NCBI GenBank assembly: GCA_036826015.1
Contig: DAISXE010000001.1
Coordinates: forward strand, 1-59,938
DNA length: 59,938 bases
Source: Ilumatobacteraceae bacterium
GTDB lineage: Bacteria > Actinomycetota > Acidimicrobiia > Acidimicrobiales > Ilumatobacteraceae
Reading direction: 5' to 3'
Part shown: positions 1-10,324 of the stretch, in pieces
Numbering within the stretch: position 1 is the first letter of the stretch
How the letters are laid out: each line of letters begins with the position of its first letter
Program-made: the position numbers and the translations under genes
The notes under the pieces: model-generated
The model's database searches: none
Seen by the model: only the letters and a program-made list of their open reading frames with translations
What the model was told of the DNA's origin: nothing

Positions 1-282
1 CTTGCGCGTCGTGTCGTGTCAAAGACCACTGACGAGCGTTCGGTGTTAGTAGCCGACATTGCTGCCTGTCAAGCAACGCGCTATCCGCCAGGGTTGATCT
101 CTGCATTAGAGATTGTGGTTGATCATTCCCAAGAGACATTGCACAGACTGGGTGCGCGTCCGTTGTGGTTTGCAACTCCACATGGTTCACGCAATGACAC
201 CACTAAGGAAGCTGGGCTATCTAGTCTTGGCTTCGAGCGCCCATCTCTCGATGAGCGAATCGCCCTTTTAAAGGAAATCTAA
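1..282 (+). CDS. M48-family metallopeptidase, C-terminal fragment; the ORF runs off the left edge
   Basis: Frame 1 is open from base 1. The tail RYPPGLISALE...PSLDERIALLKEI resembles the actinobacterial M48/HtpX-like C-terminus (RYPPGLISALEKL...HPPLEERIAAL). Confidence 0.5.
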   Translation, partial: LARRVVSKTTDERSVLVADIAACQATRYPPGLISALEIVVDHSQETLHRLGARPLWFATPHGSRNDTTKEAGLSSLGFERPSLDERIALLKEI

Positions 283-283
283 A

Positions 284-1369
284 TTGAAATCTTCACGTCG
301 CTTCCTTACACGTCTCGCAATCGGAGCAATCGCGCTGTCAGTCATTGCATCATGTGGCGGCGGTGGCACCAGTTCCACAGCAGACACAAACCCAGACGGC
401 ACTCCCGTCGACACAACCTCGTCAGCTGGTCCTGTGTTCCCGCTATTGGGTACACCGGTGACCGACACAGCGGCTGCTTCACGTGTCGCACTGGTTGCCA
501 AAATTGATAATCATCCGAATGCACGGCCGCAGGCGGGTCTGAATAAAGCAGACATCGTGTTTGAGGAAAATGTTGAATCGCTCACGCGATTTGCTGCTGT
601 GTATCAGAGTCAAGGCAGTGATCCAGTTGGGCCTCTTCGTAGTGGTCGTACTCAGGACATTGACATTCTTGGTGCTTATAACAAGCCGTTGTTTGCTTGG
701 AGTGGCGGCAACTATCGCGTGACAAAAGCAATCAACGCGAGCGATCTTGTGAATGTCGGCTACTCAGCATCTCGTGGCAAGGGCGGCTACTTCCGTTCAA
801 AAGATAAAAAGGTGCCGCACAACCTGTATGCAAAGACATCAGATCTTTGGAAACTTGCGCCTGAGGGTTCCGGTCCGCCGCAACAGCAATTTACGTATCG
901 TTCAGATAGTGATGCAAAGCCTGCAACATCTGTTCCCGTCGACGGTGCAAAAATTTCTATGTACAACGTCAAGGTGTACTGGAAATGGGATGCCGCGAGT
1001 GGAAACTTCTTGAGGTCAAATGACAACGTAAAACGTGTCCTTGAGCCGCATATGACCGACGATGGACAAGTTAATGCGAAAAATGTCGTTGTCTTGTATG
1101 TCACATACATTCGCAGCAAGGCCGACCGCAAGAGCCCTCATGCCGTCACGACCGGCGACGGGACTGGTTACGTCATGACCGATGGTGGTCTCATTCCAAT
1201 CACTTGGACACGTGCCACACGCACCGAACCTTTCACATTGAAGGACGCCAATGGGGCGGTTGTGCGTTTGACTCCGGGCCGTACGTGGGTGGAATTGGCA
1301 TGGAAGAACTCTTTGGCACAGGTAGACCCAGGCGTCGACCCAGCCAAAGTGGCATGGCCTGCTGTTTAG
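284..1369 (+). CDS. DUF3048 (YerB-like) lipoprotein
   Basis: TTG start 7 nt after AAGGAA. Signal peptide with lipobox (LSVIASC, followed by GGGG). The LVAKIDNHPNARPQAGLNKADIVFEE motif is typical of DUF3048. Confidence 0.65.
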   Translation: MKSSRRFLTRLAIGAIALSVIASCGGGGTSSTADTNPDGTPVDTTSSAGPVFPLLGTPVTDTAAASRVALVAKIDNHPNARPQAGLNKADIVFEENVESLTRFAAVYQSQGSDPVGPLRSGRTQDIDILGAYNKPLFAWSGGNYRVTKAINASDLVNVGYSASRGKGGYFRSKDKKVPHNLYAKTSDLWKLAPEGSGPPQQQFTYRSDSDAKPATSVPVDGAKISMYNVKVYWKWDAASGNFLRSNDNVKRVLEPHMTDDGQVNAKNVVVLYVTYIRSKADRKSPHAVTTGDGTGYVMTDGGLIPITWTRATRTEPFTLKDANGAVVRLTPGRTWVELAWKNSLAQVDPGVDPAKVAWPAV

Positions 1370-1421
1370 TCACACGTATTCAGGCGGGGCTTGACCCTGT
1401 CGCCTAGATACCATTAGGCAT

Positions 1422-2321
1422 ATGAGTTCATCTAATAGTTCTTCTGTGGGCACTCTGCGCGTGAAGCGTGGTCTGGCCGAAATGCTTAAGGGTGGCGTCA
1501 TCATGGATGTCGTTACGCCCGAACAAGCTCGTGTTGCAGAAGATGCAGGCGCGTGCGCAGTCATGGCACTTGAACGAGTTCCGGCAGACATCCGTCGCGA
1601 TGGTGGCGTTGCACGTATGAGCGACCCAGAGATGATCGAAGCAATCAAGGCTTCGGTTCGCATTCCGGTAATGGCGAAAGCTCGTATCGGACATTTCGTT
1701 GAAGCACAGATTTTGGAAGCACTTGGCGTCGACTTTGTTGATGAGTCTGAAGTGCTTACACCAGCTGACGAGAAGCATCACATCGATAAGTTTGCATTTA
1801 CTGTTCCGTTCGTGTGCGGTGCTACAAATCTTGGTGAAGCGCTTCGTCGCGTTTCAGAAGGTGCTTGCATGATTCGTTCAAAGGGTGAAGCCGGCACTGG
1901 CAACATTGTTGAAGCAGTGCGCCACCTGCGTTCCATCTTCGGCGACATTCGCAAAATTACTCAGGCTGATGCATCAGAACTATTTGACTGGGCCAAGAAT
2001 CTTCAGGCTCCTTTGCCACTAGTCCAAGAGATCGCCGAAACTGGAAAGTTCCCAGTGCCGATTTTCTGTGCGGGTGGCATTGCAACACCTGCCGACGCCG
2101 CGCTTGCCATGCAACTAGGTGCTGAAGCAGTATTCGTTGGCTCTGGAATTTTCAAAAGCGATGATCCTGCACCACGTGCAAAAGCAATTGTTGAAGCCAC
2201 CACTCACTTCCGTGACCCACAAATTTTGGCAAAAGTCAGCCGTGGGCTTGGTGCGCCAATGACCGGTATCGGCATGGACGAAATCAACGAAGCGCAGAAG
2301 TTCGCTTCGCGCGGTTGGTAA
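1422..2321 (+). CDS. pdxS: Pyridoxal 5'-phosphate synthase, lyase subunit PdxS
   Basis: GGVIMDV...[19 protein letters not shown]...GVARM and the C-terminal ...ASRGW are PdxS hallmarks. 299 aa. Confidence 0.95.
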   Translation: MSSSNSSSVGTLRVKRGLAEMLKGGVIMDVVTPEQARVAEDAGACAVMALERVPADIRRDGGVARMSDPEMIEAIKASVRIPVMAKARIGHFVEAQILEALGVDFVDESEVLTPADEKHHIDKFAFTVPFVCGATNLGEALRRVSEGACMIRSKGEAGTGNIVEAVRHLRSIFGDIRKITQADASELFDWAKNLQAPLPLVQEIAETGKFPVPIFCAGGIATPADAALAMQLGAEAVFVGSGIFKSDDPAPRAKAIVEATTHFRDPQILAKVSRGLGAPMTGIGMDEINEAQKFASRGW

Positions 2322-2349
2322 TACACCACCATGAACGCGAGGCCTCCGG

Positions 2350-2934
2350 GTGAACAGTTGCGTTGGGGTGTTAGCCCTTCAAGGAGCCTTTGCTGCTCAT
2401 TGTGAGTCGCTTGCTTCGATAGGCGTTAAGACCGTCGAAGTGCGCACACCTGAACAATTGGCAAGCGTAGATGCGCTGTTGATGCCTGGTGGAGAATCAA
2501 GCACCATGTCTCAACTTCTGGATTCTTCTGGTTTGTTCGATCCCATTGCTGCGCGTATTGCAGACGGCATGCCAACGTTTGGAACCTGTGCAGGCATGAT
2601 TCTTCTGTCGTCCGAGATTCTCGATGGACGTAGTGACCAACGCAGTTTTAATGCGATTGATATTTCTGTTCGTCGAAATGCGTTTGGTCGCCAAGTGGAT
2701 TCATTCGAATCAGAGATCAATACTCGTGTTGGTCAGTTCCACGGTGTGTTTATACGGGCACCGCGTATCGAGCGCGTTGGTCCCGGGGTTGAAGTGCTTG
2801 GTCAACTGGGAGACGAACCAGTCTTGGTGCAACAAGGCAATGTGATGGCGGCATCGTTTCATCCGGAACTGTCCCACGATGTTCGATTGCACGAGTATTT
2901 TATTTCTTTAATGCCAACTGCAGGAAAGGTGTAA
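2350..2934 (+). CDS. pdxT: Pyridoxal 5'-phosphate synthase, glutaminase subunit PdxT
   Basis: GVLALQGAF, PGGESST, GTCAGMILL (catalytic Cys) and FHPE. Lies directly after pdxS. Confidence 0.9.
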   Translation: MNSCVGVLALQGAFAAHCESLASIGVKTVEVRTPEQLASVDALLMPGGESSTMSQLLDSSGLFDPIAARIADGMPTFGTCAGMILLSSEILDGRSDQRSFNAIDISVRRNAFGRQVDSFESEINTRVGQFHGVFIRAPRIERVGPGVEVLGQLGDEPVLVQQGNVMAASFHPELSHDVRLHEYFISLMPTAGKV

Positions 2935-2937
2935 CCG

Positions 2938-3684
2938 ATGTCTGGTCACTCTAAATGGGCAACAATCAAACACAAGAAGGGTGCTGCCGACAAAGCACGC
3001 GGAAAACTGTTTGCAAAATTGTCTCGTCAAATTGAAGTAGCCGTAAAAGGTGGCGGGGGAGACATTGAATCAAATGCTTCTCTACGAACTGTTGTGCAAA
3101 AGGCCAAGGCTGCACAGATGACGAAAGATGCAATTGATCGAGCAGTGAAGCGGGGCATGGGAGAAACCGGCGGCGCAAACTACGAGACTATCATGTACGA
3201 AGGCTATGCACCAGGTGGAGTTGCTCTCTTGGTTGATGTTCTCACCGACAATCGCAATCGCACTGCTGCAGATGTTCGCAGTGCTTTCACAAAATTCGGT
3301 GGCTCAATGGCTGAACCAGGTGCAGTCAGTTGGCAATTCTCTCGCCGCGGACTCATCCTGGTCCCGATAGCTATTGAAGAAGACACCGTCATGACTGCCG
3401 CCCTCGAGGCAGGGGCAGACGACATTGAGCCAGATGGTGATTCATGGAGAATTCTCACCGATCCTTCTGTGGTCTATGACGTGAAGGATGCCCTCGAGGC
3501 TGCTGGCATTGAGGTGCAGAGCGCAGAAAGCACAATGGTGTCATCCAACACCATTGAAGTGACCGTGCTTGAAGATGCGCGTCAGATTCTGCGTATTATG
3601 GACATGTTGGAAGATAACGACGATGTACAAGACGTCTTCGCCAATTTCGATATCGACGAATCATTGATGCAGGAGATTGACTGA
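2938..3684 (+). CDS. yebC: YebC/PmpR-family DNA-binding transcriptional regulator
   Basis: The N-terminus MSGHSKWATIKHKKGAADKARGKLFAKL is diagnostic. 248 aa. Confidence 0.9.
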   Translation: MSGHSKWATIKHKKGAADKARGKLFAKLSRQIEVAVKGGGGDIESNASLRTVVQKAKAAQMTKDAIDRAVKRGMGETGGANYETIMYEGYAPGGVALLVDVLTDNRNRTAADVRSAFTKFGGSMAEPGAVSWQFSRRGLILVPIAIEEDTVMTAALEAGADDIEPDGDSWRILTDPSVVYDVKDALEAAGIEVQSAESTMVSSNTIEVTVLEDARQILRIMDMLEDNDDVQDVFANFDIDESLMQEID

Positions 3685-4136
3685 TGGCCGTTGCAGTAGG
3701 GGACCAAGCTCCCGAATTCACATTGCCAGGCACTGGTTCCCAGTCCTATTCATTGGCTTCGTACCGAGGTAAACCAGTCGTTTTGGTGTTCTACCCAGGT
3801 GATGACACTCCGGTGTGCACAAAGCAATTGAATTCCTACAACAACGAATTGTCTGCTTTCTCTGATGTCGGAGCGCAAGTTCTCGCCATCTCGGCGCAAG
3901 ACGTTGCTAGCCACGATGCATTCGCTGAGAAACATGGTTTTGGGTTTCCACTTCTTGCAGATACCGACAAGGCCGTTGCGGGGCTCTACGGAACGGTAGG
4001 TCCGCTGGGGTTTCCTCGTCGAAGTGTCTTTGTGATCGATGCCAATGGCACAATCCGCTATGTCCACAGGGCCATAGCGGGCTTGACTTTCCGTCCCGTT
4101 GAGGAACTAGTAGCAGCCGTCGAGGCCGCTCGCTGA
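3684..4136 (+). CDS. bcp: Bcp-type peroxiredoxin (thiol peroxidase, AhpC/TSA family)
   Basis: APEFTLP...GKPVVLVFYPGDDTPVCTKQL contains the peroxidatic Cys motif. Overlaps the yebC stop by 1 nt (TGATG). Confidence 0.8.
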   Translation: MAVAVGDQAPEFTLPGTGSQSYSLASYRGKPVVLVFYPGDDTPVCTKQLNSYNNELSAFSDVGAQVLAISAQDVASHDAFAEKHGFGFPLLADTDKAVAGLYGTVGPLGFPRRSVFVIDANGTIRYVHRAIAGLTFRPVEELVAAVEAAR

Positions 4137-4173
4137 CATTCCCACACGGGCGCTAGGAGCCTGGGGTACAATA

Positions 4174-4187
4174 CGAACCTATGTTCG
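4174..4187 (+). promoter_or_regulatory. LexA (SOS) box CGAAC-CTAT-GTTCG overlapping the ruvC ATG, with a TACAAT -10-like hexamer at 4167-4172
   Basis: Perfect inverted repeat matching the actinobacterial/Gram-positive SOS box core GAAC-N4-GTTC. It sits immediately upstream of and across the ruvCAB start. Confidence 0.6.
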
Positions 4188-4723
4188 GTCAGGGCTCCTC
4201 AGGGGGGTACATCATCTTGGGAATCGACCCAGGACTCACTCGTTGTGGGTATGCCGTATTGCAGATGAACTCGGCTCAAGACATCACGGCCAGAGCATTG
4301 GGAGTTATTCGCACCCCAACAACTAATTCTCTTCCAGAGCGACTCGGTGAAATTCATCAAGAGGTCGAGTCACTGCTCGCTGAATATCGCCCCCATGCCG
4401 TGGCAATTGAGCAGGTCTTTTTTCAAAACAACGTTCGAACCGCAATGGGTGTTGGTCAGGCAAGTGGAATTGTTTTGGCGTTGGCATCACGCGCCGGATG
4501 CGATGTTGCTCAGTACACGCCATCACAAGTGAAAAATACTGTTGCTGGATGGGGTGGCGCAACAAAACATCAAATAGGTCACATGGTGCAGCAACGTTTA
4601 CATCTCGAATCTGCACCACAACCAGCCGATGCCGCTGACGCCGCGGCTATCGCATTGTGTCATTGTTCCATCGCGCCGTTTATTGCGTCACGCGATGCCG
4701 CGCTTATGCGAGGTGTTACATGA
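4181..4723 (+). CDS. ruvC: Crossover junction endodeoxyribonuclease RuvC
   Basis: IILGIDPGLTRCGYAV is the RuvC N-terminal catalytic motif. An in-frame TTG at 4217 follows an AGGGGGG SD but would cut into the conserved IIL. Confidence 0.9.
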   Translation: MFGQGSSGGYIILGIDPGLTRCGYAVLQMNSAQDITARALGVIRTPTTNSLPERLGEIHQEVESLLAEYRPHAVAIEQVFFQNNVRTAMGVGQASGIVLALASRAGCDVAQYTPSQVKNTVAGWGGATKHQIGHMVQQRLHLESAPQPADAADAAAIALCHCSIAPFIASRDAALMRGVT

Positions 4724-5310
4724 TCGGCAGTCTGCGCGGCACGGTGCTTGAACGTTTCACGCCTTCCACAGTTCTCATTGAAGTTGCTGGAGTTGGATAT
4801 TTGTGTTCTGTGACTACTTCTACATTTGCTGAACTCGAACCGACTGTTTCGGTGTTTCTTCATGTTCATCATCACATTCGCGAAGATGCTCAAACCTTGT
4901 TCGGCTTTTCGTCTCGAGTCGAGCGAGATACGTTCAACATCCTGATTGCGACCCATGGCATTGGCCCTGCGATGGCGATGGCAATTTTGTCAACGTATTC
5001 ACCTACAGCTCTCGTCACTGTTGTTACATCGGGCGACACACAAGCACTCACTGTTGTTCCAGGTGTTGGCAAAAAGACCGCAGAGCGCTTAATGATTGAA
5101 CTAAAGTCTCGTCTCAATCTCGAGGGAATCTCTGCAGTAGACGCGTACGGTTCCGTACAGTCGGCAGCAGCTGATGTCCGCGAAGCACTCACCGCTCTTG
5201 GGTACGGACCAGAAGAGATTCGTGAAGCAATGCGACAACTCACCACTGCAGACGATGCTGAAACAATGTTGCGAGATGCGTTAGCAATGCTGGGGGCACG
5301 TCGTGCGTGA
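4720..5310 (+). CDS. ruvA: Holliday junction DNA helicase subunit RuvA
   Basis: MIGSLRGTV... is the typical RuvA start. ATGA overlap with the ruvC stop. The track ORF from 4657 is an upstream extension inside ruvC. Confidence 0.9.
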   Translation: MIGSLRGTVLERFTPSTVLIEVAGVGYLCSVTTSTFAELEPTVSVFLHVHHHIREDAQTLFGFSSRVERDTFNILIATHGIGPAMAMAILSTYSPTALVTVVTSGDTQALTVVPGVGKKTAERLMIELKSRLNLEGISAVDAYGSVQSAAADVREALTALGYGPEEIREAMRQLTTADDAETMLRDALAMLGARRA

Positions 5311-6295
5311 TGAATTTCTAGATCCGTTCATCAATTCTGAGCGTGAAGTGTCTGATGAAGTTGGACTGCGTCCACGACATCTTGATGATTTTGTTGGTCA
5401 GAGAGAACTGAAAGAGCACTTAGACATCGTGCTTGGTGCCGCCAAACAACGTGGACAAGCAGCAGATCATATTTTGCTGGCGGGGCCTCCTGGCCTCGGA
5501 AAAACAACTCTTGCGGGAATCGTGGCTGCTGAGATGAATGTCGCAATGCATGTCACTAGCGGTCCTGCGCTTGAACGCGCCGGTGATCTTGCGTCCATTC
5601 TCACCAAACTCGGTGAGGGTGATGTTCTGTTCATCGATGAAATTCATCGTCTGTCTCGCGCTGTGGAAGAAATTTTGTATCCAGCGATGGAAGATTTCCA
5701 GATTGACATTGTGGTGGGCAAAGGGCCGGCTGCATCGTCTATTCGGCTCACTTTGCCCCGATTTACTTTGATTGGTGCCACCACACGTACGGGAATGATT
5801 ACGGGCCCGTTGCGAGATCGATTCGGTTTGGTTGCTCGCCTCGATTACTACGACGCTGAGGAACTTGATTCCATTGTTACTCGGGCCGCGGGAATTCTTG
5901 ACGTGCCTGTCACGAAGGAAGCTTCTATTCATATTGCTCGTCGCAGTAGGGGGACGCCACGAATCGCTAACCGTTTACTGCGTCGTGTTCGAGATTTTGC
6001 CGAAGTGCGCAGCGATGGTCATATCACCGCAGACACGGCACTTGAAGCGTTGAGGGTGTTTGGTGTCGATGAACTTGGACTCGACAAAGTAGACCGTGCG
6101 ATTTTGCGCAGTCTCTGTGAACAATTTGAAGGTGGGCCAGTTGGTCTCACCACATTGGCCATTGCGGTGGGCGAGCAACCAGAGACAGTAGAAGACGTGT
6201 ACGAACCCTTTCTTATTCAGCAAGGGCTCATTGCGCGTACGCCACGTGGGCGAGTGGCGATGGATGCTGCTCGCTTGCACCTCGCTAACCCGTAG
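5303..6295 (+). CDS. ruvB: Holliday junction DNA helicase RuvB
   Basis: LRP..L.DFVGQ, the [11 protein letters not shown] Walker A, DEIHRL and the [18 protein letters not shown] sensor region. Confidence 0.95.
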   Translation: MRDEFLDPFINSEREVSDEVGLRPRHLDDFVGQRELKEHLDIVLGAAKQRGQAADHILLAGPPGLGKTTLAGIVAAEMNVAMHVTSGPALERAGDLASILTKLGEGDVLFIDEIHRLSRAVEEILYPAMEDFQIDIVVGKGPAASSIRLTLPRFTLIGATTRTGMITGPLRDRFGLVARLDYYDAEELDSIVTRAAGILDVPVTKEASIHIARRSRGTPRIANRLLRRVRDFAEVRSDGHITADTALEALRVFGVDELGLDKVDRAILRSLCEQFEGGPVGLTTLAIAVGEQPETVEDVYEPFLIQQGLIARTPRGRVAMDAARLHLANP

Positions 6296-6304
6296 CCTCT
6301 GTGC

Positions 6305-7312
6305 GTGCAACTTTCTGATATTGACTACGACCTCCCTGAGGCACGTATTGCTCAAAAGCCAATCGAACCCCGCGATTCGGCTCGGTTATTAGTTGCACTC
6401 GATACCGAGAATGTGCAACATCTGCACGTAAAAGATTTGCCCTCTTTGGTCGGGCCTGGTGACGTCATCGTCGTGAATGACACGCGTGTTCTGCCGGCAC
6501 GACTCATGCTTCAGCGACGAACAGGTGGCACGGCAGAGGTGTTGCTGCTCGAACAGCGTTCTCCTGACCATCGTTTGTGGGAGGCCTTGATTCGACCTGC
6601 TCGCAAATTGAAAGAAGGCGAAATTCTTGAGTACTTCGGAAAACGTGTGGTGCGTATTGGACCACGCACCGAAGCGGGAGACACTTTCGTTATAGAAGTC
6701 ATTGACGAAGATCCACTGGACCTCGTGAACCGTATTGGGGCCATGCCGCTGCCTCCGTATATTCGCGGCTCGCTGAAAGACGGCGAGCGATATCAAACTG
6801 TGTATGCACGTCGTGCGGCTAGTGCTGCGGCACCTACTGCGGGTCTTCACTTCACGCCAGAACTCATCGACGCAGTCACTGCAACCGGCGCAAAGATTCA
6901 TCGAGTGGAATTAGTAGTGGGGCTCGACACATTCAAACCAATATCAGCTGAGAATCCATTGGATCATGTCATACATTCAGAGATGTACAACATTGAACCG
7001 TCAGTGATTGAGGCGTGCACAAATGCCAATCGAGTCATTGCGATAGGCACTACGGCCGTGCGCGCCCTAGAGTCGGCTGCTTCGTCTGGAAATCTGTCTG
7101 GTCGTACCAGCATTTTCATTACGCCAGGGTATGAGTGGAAGATTGTCGATGTGATGTTGACGAACTTTCATCTCCCTAAAACATCTCTGTTACTAATGAT
7201 CGAGTCATTCGTCGGCAAGAGATGGCGTCAGTTGTATACAACGGCAATCGAAATGGAATACCGGTTTTTGTCGTTCGGTGATGCAATGCTGATATCTCGA
7301 GAAAAGAATTAA
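6305..7312 (+). CDS. queA: S-adenosylmethionine:tRNA ribosyltransferase-isomerase QueA
   Basis: DYDLPE.RIAQKPIEPRDS.RLLV at the N-terminus and TNFHLPKTSLLLMI near the C-terminus. Confidence 0.9.
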   Translation: MQLSDIDYDLPEARIAQKPIEPRDSARLLVALDTENVQHLHVKDLPSLVGPGDVIVVNDTRVLPARLMLQRRTGGTAEVLLLEQRSPDHRLWEALIRPARKLKEGEILEYFGKRVVRIGPRTEAGDTFVIEVIDEDPLDLVNRIGAMPLPPYIRGSLKDGERYQTVYARRAASAAAPTAGLHFTPELIDAVTATGAKIHRVELVVGLDTFKPISAENPLDHVIHSEMYNIEPSVIEACTNANRVIAIGTTAVRALESAASSGNLSGRTSIFITPGYEWKIVDVMLTNFHLPKTSLLLMIESFVGKRWRQLYTTAIEMEYRFLSFGDAMLISREKN

Positions 7313-7317
7313 CTCAC

Positions 7318-8415
7318 ATGTTTCGCGTCAATCTAGATACATCAGCCAGTGAAGGTGGAGCACGTAGCGCCACAGCAACCACGCATCGCGGCAAATACAA
7401 CACGCCGTGCTTCATGCCAGTAGGTACGCGTGGGGCAATCAAGTACTTGAGTGCTCGTGACTACGCAGAGTTGGGTGCACAGATTGTCCTTGGAAACACG
7501 TATCACTTGATGCTTCGCCCTGGCGCCGAAGTCATTGAACAATTCGGCGGATTAGGCGCGTTCGCAGCATGGGAAGGTCTCACGCTCACCGACTCTGGCG
7601 GCTTTCAGGTTTTTTCGTTGGATCCAAAGGTTGATGATGATGGAGTTACTTTCAAATCAACGTATGACGGTTCGTATCATCGCTTTACGCCCGAGGTTGC
7701 TGTCGATGTTCAACAAAAGATTGGCGCCGATATTCAGATGGTGCTTGATGTATGCACTTCACTTCCAGCCGAGCCGCATGTCGTACGTCTCGCGTTAGAG
7801 CGCACTCATGCGTGGGCGATTCGGGCACGTGCTGCGCACACTCGTACCGATCAGTCGTTGTTCGGCATCGTGCAGGGCGGCACCGATGCTGCGATGCGTG
7901 CAGAGAGTGCACGACGAACTGTTGATGTTGGGTTTGATGGATACGCCATTGGTGGCTTGTCAGTAGGAGAGTCACGCGCTGAGATGGTGGATGCAATCGG
8001 TGCTTGTATCGGCGAGTTACCAAAAGATCAGCCGCGTTATCTCATGGGTGTTGGTGACCCTGCATCACTTGTTGAAGCTGTTGCACTTGGAGTGGACCAA
8101 TTCGATTGTGTTCTCCAAACGCGTGTTGGTCGCCATGGAACGGCGCTCACCTCTGAAGGCAAGGTGCACATGAAGAATGCGCAGCACACGTTGTCGGAAG
8201 AGCCACTCGATGCTTTGTGTCATTGCTGGGTATGTAAGACCCATACCCGTGGATATTTGCGCCATCTGACACAAGTTGGCGAACCAAGCGCGGCTCGACT
8301 GTTGTCTATTCATAACGTGGCATGGACGATTCAACTCATGAACTCAATGAAACAGGCGATTGAAGCGGGTACTTTTGGCGAATTTCGCCGTCAAACCCTT
8401 GAGGTATGGGGCTAG
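7318..8415 (+). CDS. tgt: tRNA-guanine transglycosylase (queuine tRNA-ribosyltransferase)
   Basis: TPCFMPVGT.GA.K, LGNTYHL, DSGGFQV and the Zn site CHCWVC...RGYLRHL. Confidence 0.95.
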   Translation: MFRVNLDTSASEGGARSATATTHRGKYNTPCFMPVGTRGAIKYLSARDYAELGAQIVLGNTYHLMLRPGAEVIEQFGGLGAFAAWEGLTLTDSGGFQVFSLDPKVDDDGVTFKSTYDGSYHRFTPEVAVDVQQKIGADIQMVLDVCTSLPAEPHVVRLALERTHAWAIRARAAHTRTDQSLFGIVQGGTDAAMRAESARRTVDVGFDGYAIGGLSVGESRAEMVDAIGACIGELPKDQPRYLMGVGDPASLVEAVALGVDQFDCVLQTRVGRHGTALTSEGKVHMKNAQHTLSEEPLDALCHCWVCKTHTRGYLRHLTQVGEPSAARLLSIHNVAWTIQLMNSMKQAIEAGTFGEFRRQTLEVWG

Positions 8416-8458
8416 GGAGAACAGTTCCGCTGGCATTGGCTCGCTAGGCTTACGAGCC

Positions 8459-8812
8459 GTGATTGCTTTTCTCCTTTCTGCAGAAACCACTACCGCCAAC
8501 AGTGGTAGTCCATGGTTTAGTCTCATCTTCTTTGGCGCCATTTTTGCCGCAATGTATTTCTTGCTGCTTCGCCCACAGCGTCGTCGCGTGAAGGAATCCC
8601 AAAATCTTCAGTCTTCAATCGCAGTTGATGATGAAGTCATTTTGAACTCTGGTATCTACGGTTTTGTAACAGCTATTGAAGGTGACATTTTGTGGCTCGA
8701 CGTAGCTGACGGCCACGACAAAGAGCGAATCGAAATTCGCGTTGCTCGTGCTTCGGTTGCTCGCAAGGCTCCCGTTGCGGCCAGCGATTCTCCAGAATCT
8801 GAAGCAAAGTAA
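8459..8812 (+). CDS. yajC: Preprotein translocase subunit YajC
   Basis: A TM helix followed by LLLRPQRRR and a V..SGIYG.V motif. I chose the GTG at 8459, the first start after the tgt stop. The track ORF from 8360 overlaps tgt. Start uncertain. Confidence 0.75.
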   Translation: MIAFLLSAETTTANSGSPWFSLIFFGAIFAAMYFLLLRPQRRRVKESQNLQSSIAVDDEVILNSGIYGFVTAIEGDILWLDVADGHDKERIEIRVARASVARKAPVAASDSPESEAK

Positions 8813-8818
8813 GTTTCA

Positions 8819-10324
8819 GTGAGTCGTCGCCCTCTACTTTTCTCGCTAATTGGGATCATCCTTCTAGCGTCAGGGCTTTTTGGTGGCAATCTTCTTGCCG
8901 GCAATATGCCTTCGCTCGGCCTTGATTTGCAGGGTGGTGCCTCCGTCACAATGACACCCAAGGGTACGTATGAGGCTGATGCACTTACCGTGGCGGTAGA
9001 CATCATTCGTCAACGTGTGGACTCAATTGGCGTGTCTGAACCAGAGATCATTCGTCAGGGCGACACAGTGGTTGTCAACTTGCCCGGAGTGAAAGACCAA
9101 CAACAAGCGCTTGAGTTAGTCGGACGTACTGGTGCAGTTGAGATGCGCCCTGTGATCAGAATGGCAGAAAACCCAGACACCACCACCACAACTGTGGCCG
9201 GGGCGACTACCACTACCATCAAAGGTGCAAGTTCAGACGAGACATCTACAACGCTTGCTCAACCAACGGGCGGTCTGGGTAGCGCTCGACATATTGCTGC
9301 CGAGACCACCACCACAACAACTGTTCCTACAGATCCTGTTACTGGTCTTGAAGAAGGACAGACAGTGTTGCCTGGTCGTAAAGACGGGTTCATTTATTTA
9401 CTTGGCCCCGCCGAAGCAACTGGAGAAGTGTTCTCTAATGATTCAGCTGCAGAAGTTAGCAATGGTGCGTGGGTTGTTGTAGCCAAATTGAAAAGTGGTG
9501 CTGCAGGCGAAGACCAATGGAATGCGCTCGCTGGCAAGTGTTTTGCCGGTGGTGCAGATTGCCCCACAAAGCAGATTGCCATCATCCTGGACGGCGAAGT
9601 GATTTCTGCACCAGTCGTGCAAGCTCCTTCTTTTGATAACTCCGTGCAAATAAGTGGATCGTTTACTGAGAAGGAAGCAAACGAACTAGCTCGTGTCTTG
9701 CAGTTCGGTGCAGTTCCTGTTCAGTTCGACATTCCCACTGTTCAAACAGTGTCAGCCACGTTAGGCAAAGACTCTTTGAAGGCTGCGATTGTCTCTGGTC
9801 TGATTGGTGTTCTGTTAGTGCTCATTTTCTTGCTGTTCTACTATCGTGTTCTCGCGTTGGTAGTTGTTGGTGGACTTACCATCTCTGGACTTTTGCTCTG
9901 GAGTGTCATCTCATGGCTGTCGAAAACCAATGGACTTGCCCTCACGCTTTCGGGTGTTGCAGGAATCATTGTCTCTATTGGCGTCACGGTGGACTCTTAT
10001 GTGGTGTTCTTCGAGAAAATCAAGGACGATGTTCAGTCGGGTCGCTCGCTTCGTAATTCAGCCGCCCGTGGATTTGAGAGTGCGTGGCGCACAATTCTCG
10101 CAGCCGACACAGTTTCTTTTATTGGTGCACTCATTCTCTGGTGGCTCACTGTGGGTTCAGTGCGAGGTTTCGCGTTCTTCTTGGGTCTATCTACATTGTC
10201 AGACATAGTGGTGTCATACTTCTTTACGCGACCAACTGTTCTGCTTTTGGCTCGCACAAAATTCATGAATAAAGGTCGCGTATTAGGTGTCGCACCATCA
10301 ACTACCGAGGCGGTGTCATCATGA
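8819..10324 (+). CDS. secD: Protein translocase subunit SecD
   Basis: LGLDLQGG at the N-terminus and six C-terminal TM segments of the SecD/F type. Contains a Thr-rich periplasmic linker. Confidence 0.9.
   Translation: MSRRPLLFSLIGIILLASGLFGGNLLAGNMPSLGLDLQGGASVTMTPKGTYEADALTVAVDIIRQRVDSIGVSEPEIIRQGDTVVVNLPGVKDQQQALELVGRTGAVEMRPVIRMAENPDTTTTTVAGATTTTIKGASSDETSTTLAQPTGGLGSARHIAAETTTTTTVPTDPVTGLEEGQTVLPGRKDGFIYLLGPAEATGEVFSNDSAAEVSNGAWVVVAKLKSGAAGEDQWNALAGKCFAGGADCPTKQIAIILDGEVISAPVVQAPSFDNSVQISGSFTEKEANELARVLQFGAVPVQFDIPTVQTVSATLGKDSLKAAIVSGLIGVLLVLIFLLFYYRVLALVVVGGLTISGLLLWSVISWLSKTNGLALTLSGVAGIIVSIGVTVDSYVVFFEKIKDDVQSGRSLRNSAARGFESAWRTILAADTVSFIGALILWWLTVGSVRGFAFFLGLSTLSDIVVSYFFTRPTVLLLARTKFMNKGRVLGVAPSTTEAVSS

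Noticed and set aside
1370-1421. Stem AGGCG...CGCCT upstream of pdxS, considered as a riboswitch or terminator.
   Set aside because: Only 5 bp with a large loop and no U-tract. The region is too short for any known riboswitch class.
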